Part shown: positions 1 to 64,000 of the stretch, in pieces
How positions within the stretch are numbered: position 1 is the first letter of the stretch
Layout of the letters: each line of letters starts with the position of its first letter
NCBI GenBank assembly: GCA_963693365.1
Contig: CAVNZM010000003.1
Span: forward strand, 11,629,651-11,693,650
Origin: Amoebidium appalachense
Taxonomy: Eukaryota; Protista; Ichthyosporea
DNA length: 64,000 bases
Direction of reading: 5' to 3'
Made by a program: the position numbers and the translations under genes
The notes under the pieces: model-generated
The model's database searches: none
What the model saw: the letters and a program-made list of their open reading frames with translations, nothing else
Told to the model about the DNA's origin: nothing

Positions 1-204
1 GGCAGATGGAGCACCTAGACGAACATTGAGCAATAACATTCTCCTATACACAGACATTAGTTACCATCTACGAGGGCATTCGAAAGGATCCATACAGGGC
101 ATGGTGTAGTAGAAGATCTAGTAGAGACACGGAATTAACTTAAAAAGCTACCGGTGATTCGTGCATTCATACTCGGTGTGTGTGTGCGTGTGCGTGTGCG
201 TGTT

Positions 205-276
<72 letters not shown>

Positions 277-582
277 TGTGTGTGAGTTCATGTGTGTGCA
301 TGTCTGCGAGTATGTGTCTGTATCTGAACCACCCATGCATGCCATCTCTCAGTGCGGATATCTCATATCTATGCATGCCGCCTGTGTTGTGCTACATGCT
401 GCAACGAGCATTATGAATGTGCCTATGAGCGAGTGCAGCCTAACACTACATACTGACTACGAAGCCCCTTCCATCTTCATTACATATAAAGCGCTACTTC
501 ATTCGATCAAAAAAAAAAAAAAAGAAAAAAAAAAAAAAGAAACAAAAGGCCAAAAACATAGCCAAAGAACAGGGATCATAAA

Positions 583-22588
<22,006 letters not shown>

Positions 22589-23114
22589 GGTGGACTCCGT
22601 GCTATAGGCTCTCACTCGTGATGTGTCGGATGTCTTTCTTACATAGGTGTATATACAGCGTTAACGTGAGAGTTCTTGTGTATGTAGTTGCTTGCTTGAG
22701 TGTTGAGTCTGATGGATCAGAGGTCACGCATGCATGGCACCATTTCCGAATGACAGTAAAAGACTACAGAACAAGATGACGCTACGAAAGAATATAAATA
22801 GTAAAATGGCGCTCCGGATTCAGTCCCTCACATGCCTTATATGGTAACAGCTTGACATGAGATCGTTTATCTTTAGGGCTCTTTACTTTAAATCTATTTG
22901 TTTACTTTTTTCCAACTTAGCTAGAGGCTCCCAGTCCCAGCAGCGCTGGCTCCGAACAGAACATCACCACAGATTAATAGTGTATTTTCATTCTACAGAT
23001 TAATAGTGTATTTTCATTCTAATCCCTTTTTGCGGTAGGCAAGCAACAAGCTTCCAAATCCAGCACCCAATAAGTACTTATCATCATTCCTGTGAGATCT
23101 AGGAGCATAGAAAC
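22589..23114. promoter_or_regulatory. Putative bidirectional promoter/5' UTR region between NAA35 and C17orf75
   Basis: 526 bp of microsatellite-free, AT-richer sequence between two divergent start codons. It contains a ~27-bp tandem duplication (acagattaatagtgtattttcattcta) at ~22969-23020. Confidence 0.6.
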
Positions 23115-31180
<8,066 letters not shown>

Positions 31181-33197
31181 TGAATGTTCTACACACACAA
31201 TCGTATACACACACACACACACACATCCACAAACACACCGATGCACATCACGAACCAAGACAGATACATCCATACATCCACACACCCACACTCCCACACT
31301 CCCACACAACTGCACAACCGCACGCACACACACACATCCATTAGCAGATGGTACCGAAACAGCGAATGTTATGACAGAGCAGATAAACATGCCCATATTG
31401 GGGGGGACATGCATGGTTCCTCTAGGGTGCTGACGTCGCAAAATATGCTAGCAAAGTTATGTGCACGTGCAATCATAAACACGTTACCACAATGCGCATG
31501 TGTTCGCTTGCATATGCATGCGACTGGCCCTGTGGTAGTTGAGCTGGTCTACCCCCGGGTATCACACGTCGACTGATATGTATGTGCAATTCCATAGTGT
31601 GGTGTTACCTCAGTAGTTTTTGTGGACATGGGCTATCTCGGAATGTATGTTTAATGGATTGAATGATTAAATCGGGTGCATGACTTTAGAAGCAGACTAC
31701 CCAGTAGAGCATCGAAATATGATGTGCACAGGTGCCCCTTTTTATACAAGGATATCCATTTTGCGCAGTTTCCTGGTATGGGGGATCCGATCGAACTGGT
31801 TTTGATCTTGACCAATAGTAAATGTATAAAATATTTTAACGATCAGCTCCTCGCCGTACTGCTTCCTTCTTAATTTCTTTATGTTTTAAGAAGCTTGCAA
31901 GAGCACACAGTGGTGCCCCAGTGACGTCAAGGTTGCCTGAAGTGGTACCCTTGTTCCAAAAAAATTTAAAGAGCACAATACGTGACCTGATTTATTGCAA
32001 TGCACATTTACTATCTACTTCCTCCGGCCAATTGCAAGATATATGGGTCAGCACGTGCGGCCTGGGGGTCAACAACCATAAACCGTGATCGCTGCATATG
32101 CACCTGTGCCTAGCTAGACCTGTGCTGGCTTGCCGTAAGTAAGGGCCCAACCACATCAGCGGAATGAACCTGAATTGTTTATTAGCTTTGAGCAAAATCG
32201 TTCTGCAAAACAATGAATTATCTTTGCAAACTTCAGTAGGTAGGATCATTCTGCAATCAAAGCAGACATATTCTGCTGCCTGCAGCAGAATCGACTTTCA
32301 AGTAGTTGTCAAATTCGAAAGCAGAAGAGTTAGACACGAGCAGGATTTATTCTGCTGTGCATGCAGCTTCACCCGTATCCGGATCCGTAATCACGGCTAA
32401 GTGGTGATAAAGTTTAAATACTAACAGTAGTAAACAATACGAATGCCATTATACCATACATATATTCTTAATGATTGTCGCTTTCGAAACTTTTATAATA
32501 CCAGATGAGATTACATGAATAAATACATAAACGTTACCACTTAAAGTGGCATACAAATCGATATCACACGTCTGTTATGCTTATTGTCAGACATAATTAC
32601 ATCAATATTGCTTTCTATAAAAAAAAGGCCATACTCTGTTACAATGGTGTTGCAGCATCCCAGGCCTTCACGTGTACCAACGATGCCAGGCTCAAGGGGC
32701 ATATAGCATATGCATCATCAAGATATTATTGTGTTGTCCGATATAATAAAAACATCATAATAGAGACATGGCCTGCCCAATATAGTTACATTCATGATTT
32801 ATATATTGGCACATTATGTGAACCAGAAAATCATTTGATTGCATAACTACGTTTAAAAAAAAGGAATTGGCTCATCCCGTTTATTTCAAATTATTTGACA
32901 TCACCATATGTATCTACACTTTCATAATAATTATGCTTTCATGCCGCATACATCCTATTATTTTTGTCAGACATTTTCTAAGCTTTTATATCAAACTTTA
33001 TCCATACTCTATCAAATGCATTGTTCTACATACACATACTGTATATACCGGACAACAGATTATGCACAAATAGACAGTAAAGTCATACAAACGGGTCCAT
33101 GTACACCAACAACTGTACACAACACATGCTTACATCACCCGAAACATGAGCATACACAATTATGATACGATTTGCTCGAAAGGGACGTCCGGGGGCG

Positions 33198-33236
<39 letters not shown>

Positions 33237-33405
33237 CACTCTGAGGAGGGACACGAGTGCACGTGAGTAGATTTGCGTGTGCACGTCTATTGAATAAGCG
33301 AGTGTGTGTGTGTGTGTTCGCAGGGGGCGGAGGGGGATGAGAGGGGGGGGGAGGGGAGAGAGAGAGAGAGGGGGGGGGAGAGAGAAAGAGAGAGAGAGGG
33401 GGAGG

Positions 33406-33444
<39 letters not shown>

Positions 33445-33542
33445 TGTGTGTGCATGTGTGTATTTGTGTGTGTGTGCGTGTGTGTTGCGGGAGACTGGGG
33501 GGGGGGGGGGGGGGGAGGGGGGGGGGGGGGGGGCGGCACGAG

Positions 33543-53188
<19,646 letters not shown>

Positions 53189-54566
53189 TGAGAGCTTTAT
53201 TTAACAGGCGATAAATTACCGTTTTTTGGGGGGCCCAGCCTCGCTAACGGCCCTGCAAGAGTAAGCATTAGGTCACTGTTTTCCCAGGGAAATACAAAGT
53301 TTTCGCTACTTTCAGACTTGACTCTTTAAATGCTTGACACGACTGACAGGATATTCCGAGCAAAACCCCCCCCATACCTGAGACTGGTTCTCTTTGTCTC
53401 GAGTAAACAGCGTAAACCCCTGACAGACATCAGGCAGCGGATCGCGAAATTCCGGAAGATAGGCGCATACCAGGCGATAAAATTTTATAAAGCGCGCGAA
53501 ATCCCGGGCCACACCGTCCTCACGCAGGTAATAGCAGCCACTGGCAGGGCTAACCCTCCGAAGACCCCATGGCCCAGTGCTCCCAACTTTATTTGCTGAC
53601 ACATACGTATACAGCCATATTCATTATTTTTATGGGCCCCACGCCGCGTTCAAACTTACTATGCCTTGTACATGTACATACCAATATCATTTACGTATGA
53701 TACATCTTGCAGAGTGGCGGCCTCATATACTACAATCACGGCCATCTAGAAACACCAGATGGCCGTGACTAGATGGCCGTGACTACAATACATGTGTTCA
53801 CACCCTACAGTAATAGATTAGCCTTATCTAATAATCGAAGACAGTTTACACACTATCAAAAACTGAGTTCTACCATGCAGTTCTGCAGCAAATACTACCC
53901 TATAATTCACAGCCTGTTCAACAGGGGCTCGCGGGCCGTTATATACATACCTGTCACTGCGAATAGTATTAGTCAAGAGTTACAAAGAGTAAGTTAAGAG
54001 CCTGACATAGGAAATTGCACACGAGTGCCCACGAAAAAGCCATTCATATAGCGCACCAGAATAATGACATGTAAAAATACATCTGATTCAGCTATAATCA
54101 AACCATTTTATCGAAACGCCTCTAATAACATAGGCCATTCAAACAGTTTCAAACGTGGTAGTGGTGTAGCCAACATTCTGTCAATCCTCACAAATACTTC
54201 ACGTGTTCCGTGTTTAAAATACTGCAACTGTGTGCATGCGTCGAAAATGTGACTTAAGTGAGTGTCTGCATGGGATGATGTGACACGGCACTGCGTGTGT
54301 GTGGCTGTACATGTGCCCGTGTGCCTGTGTGCACGCTTGTGTGCGTCAATGCGTGCCTGTATTTTTGTGTGAGTGTGTGTGCGGGCGTGTGTGTGTGTAA
54401 GCGCGCGCACGCGCGTGTGTGTAAGCCTTGTGTGTGTGTGTGCACGTGCGTGTGTGTGTGAGTGTGTGTGCGTGCGTATGATGACATCCCCCCTCCCCCC
54501 CCCCCCCCCCCCCCCCCCCCCCGTGTGTTTTTTGGGGAGAGGTGCACAACTCAACAAAGTGCCCAA

Positions 54567-63799
<9,233 letters not shown>

Positions 63800-63944
63800 C
63801 TGGGGGGTAAATGGGTCAGAGGGCCAAGCAACAACATACTGCTATAAACACACACATCATGCTTGCACCCCCACACCCCACCCTCCTCCCAAACACACAC
63901 TCGCACGCACGCGTACACATACAAGCTGGCAGACGTACATGTAC

Positions 63945-63960
63945 AGGCAGGCAGGCAGGA

Positions 63961-63999
<39 letters not shown>

Positions 64000-64000
64000 C
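63945..64000. repeat. (GGCA)n microsatellite
   Basis: Read directly from the sequence. Confidence 0.9.

Noticed and set aside
31181-33542. Extra gene in the AT-rich interval between convergent genes
   Set aside because: Only short ORFs with no recognisable motifs; probably 3' UTRs and intergenic DNA.
53330-53599. 89-aa basic ORF upstream of lipase A
   Set aside because: No ATG start and no recognisable domain; more likely CpG-rich promoter sequence.

Overview
Eukaryotic genomic DNA with short exons in introns dominated by microsatellites, poly-G/poly-C tracts and minisatellites. Almost all ORFs in the supplied track are repeat artefacts. Manual splicing gives four genes: (1) NAA35/MAK10 on the minus strand, 24 exons, ~722 aa, 583-22588; (2) a head-to-head C17orf75/Njmu-R1 orthologue on the plus strand, 10 exons, ~396 aa, 23115-31180, containing an AT-AC U12-type intron; (3, 4) two tandem minus-strand paralogues encoding a Wntless/TMEM181-like multipass membrane region fused to a class 3 lipase, the second running off the window. 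Two non-coding patterns stand out. First, a ~250-nt dispersed element (7 full or 5'-truncated copies) with covarying stems always lies sense to its host pre-mRNA and ends at a poly-C tract; it is a candidate new structured-RNA retroelement. Second, branch point/3' splice site regions are repeatedly amplified into tandem arrays, often with the first exon bases. Organism not determined; an intron-rich unicellular opisthokont is only a guess. All calls are by eye, without database searches.
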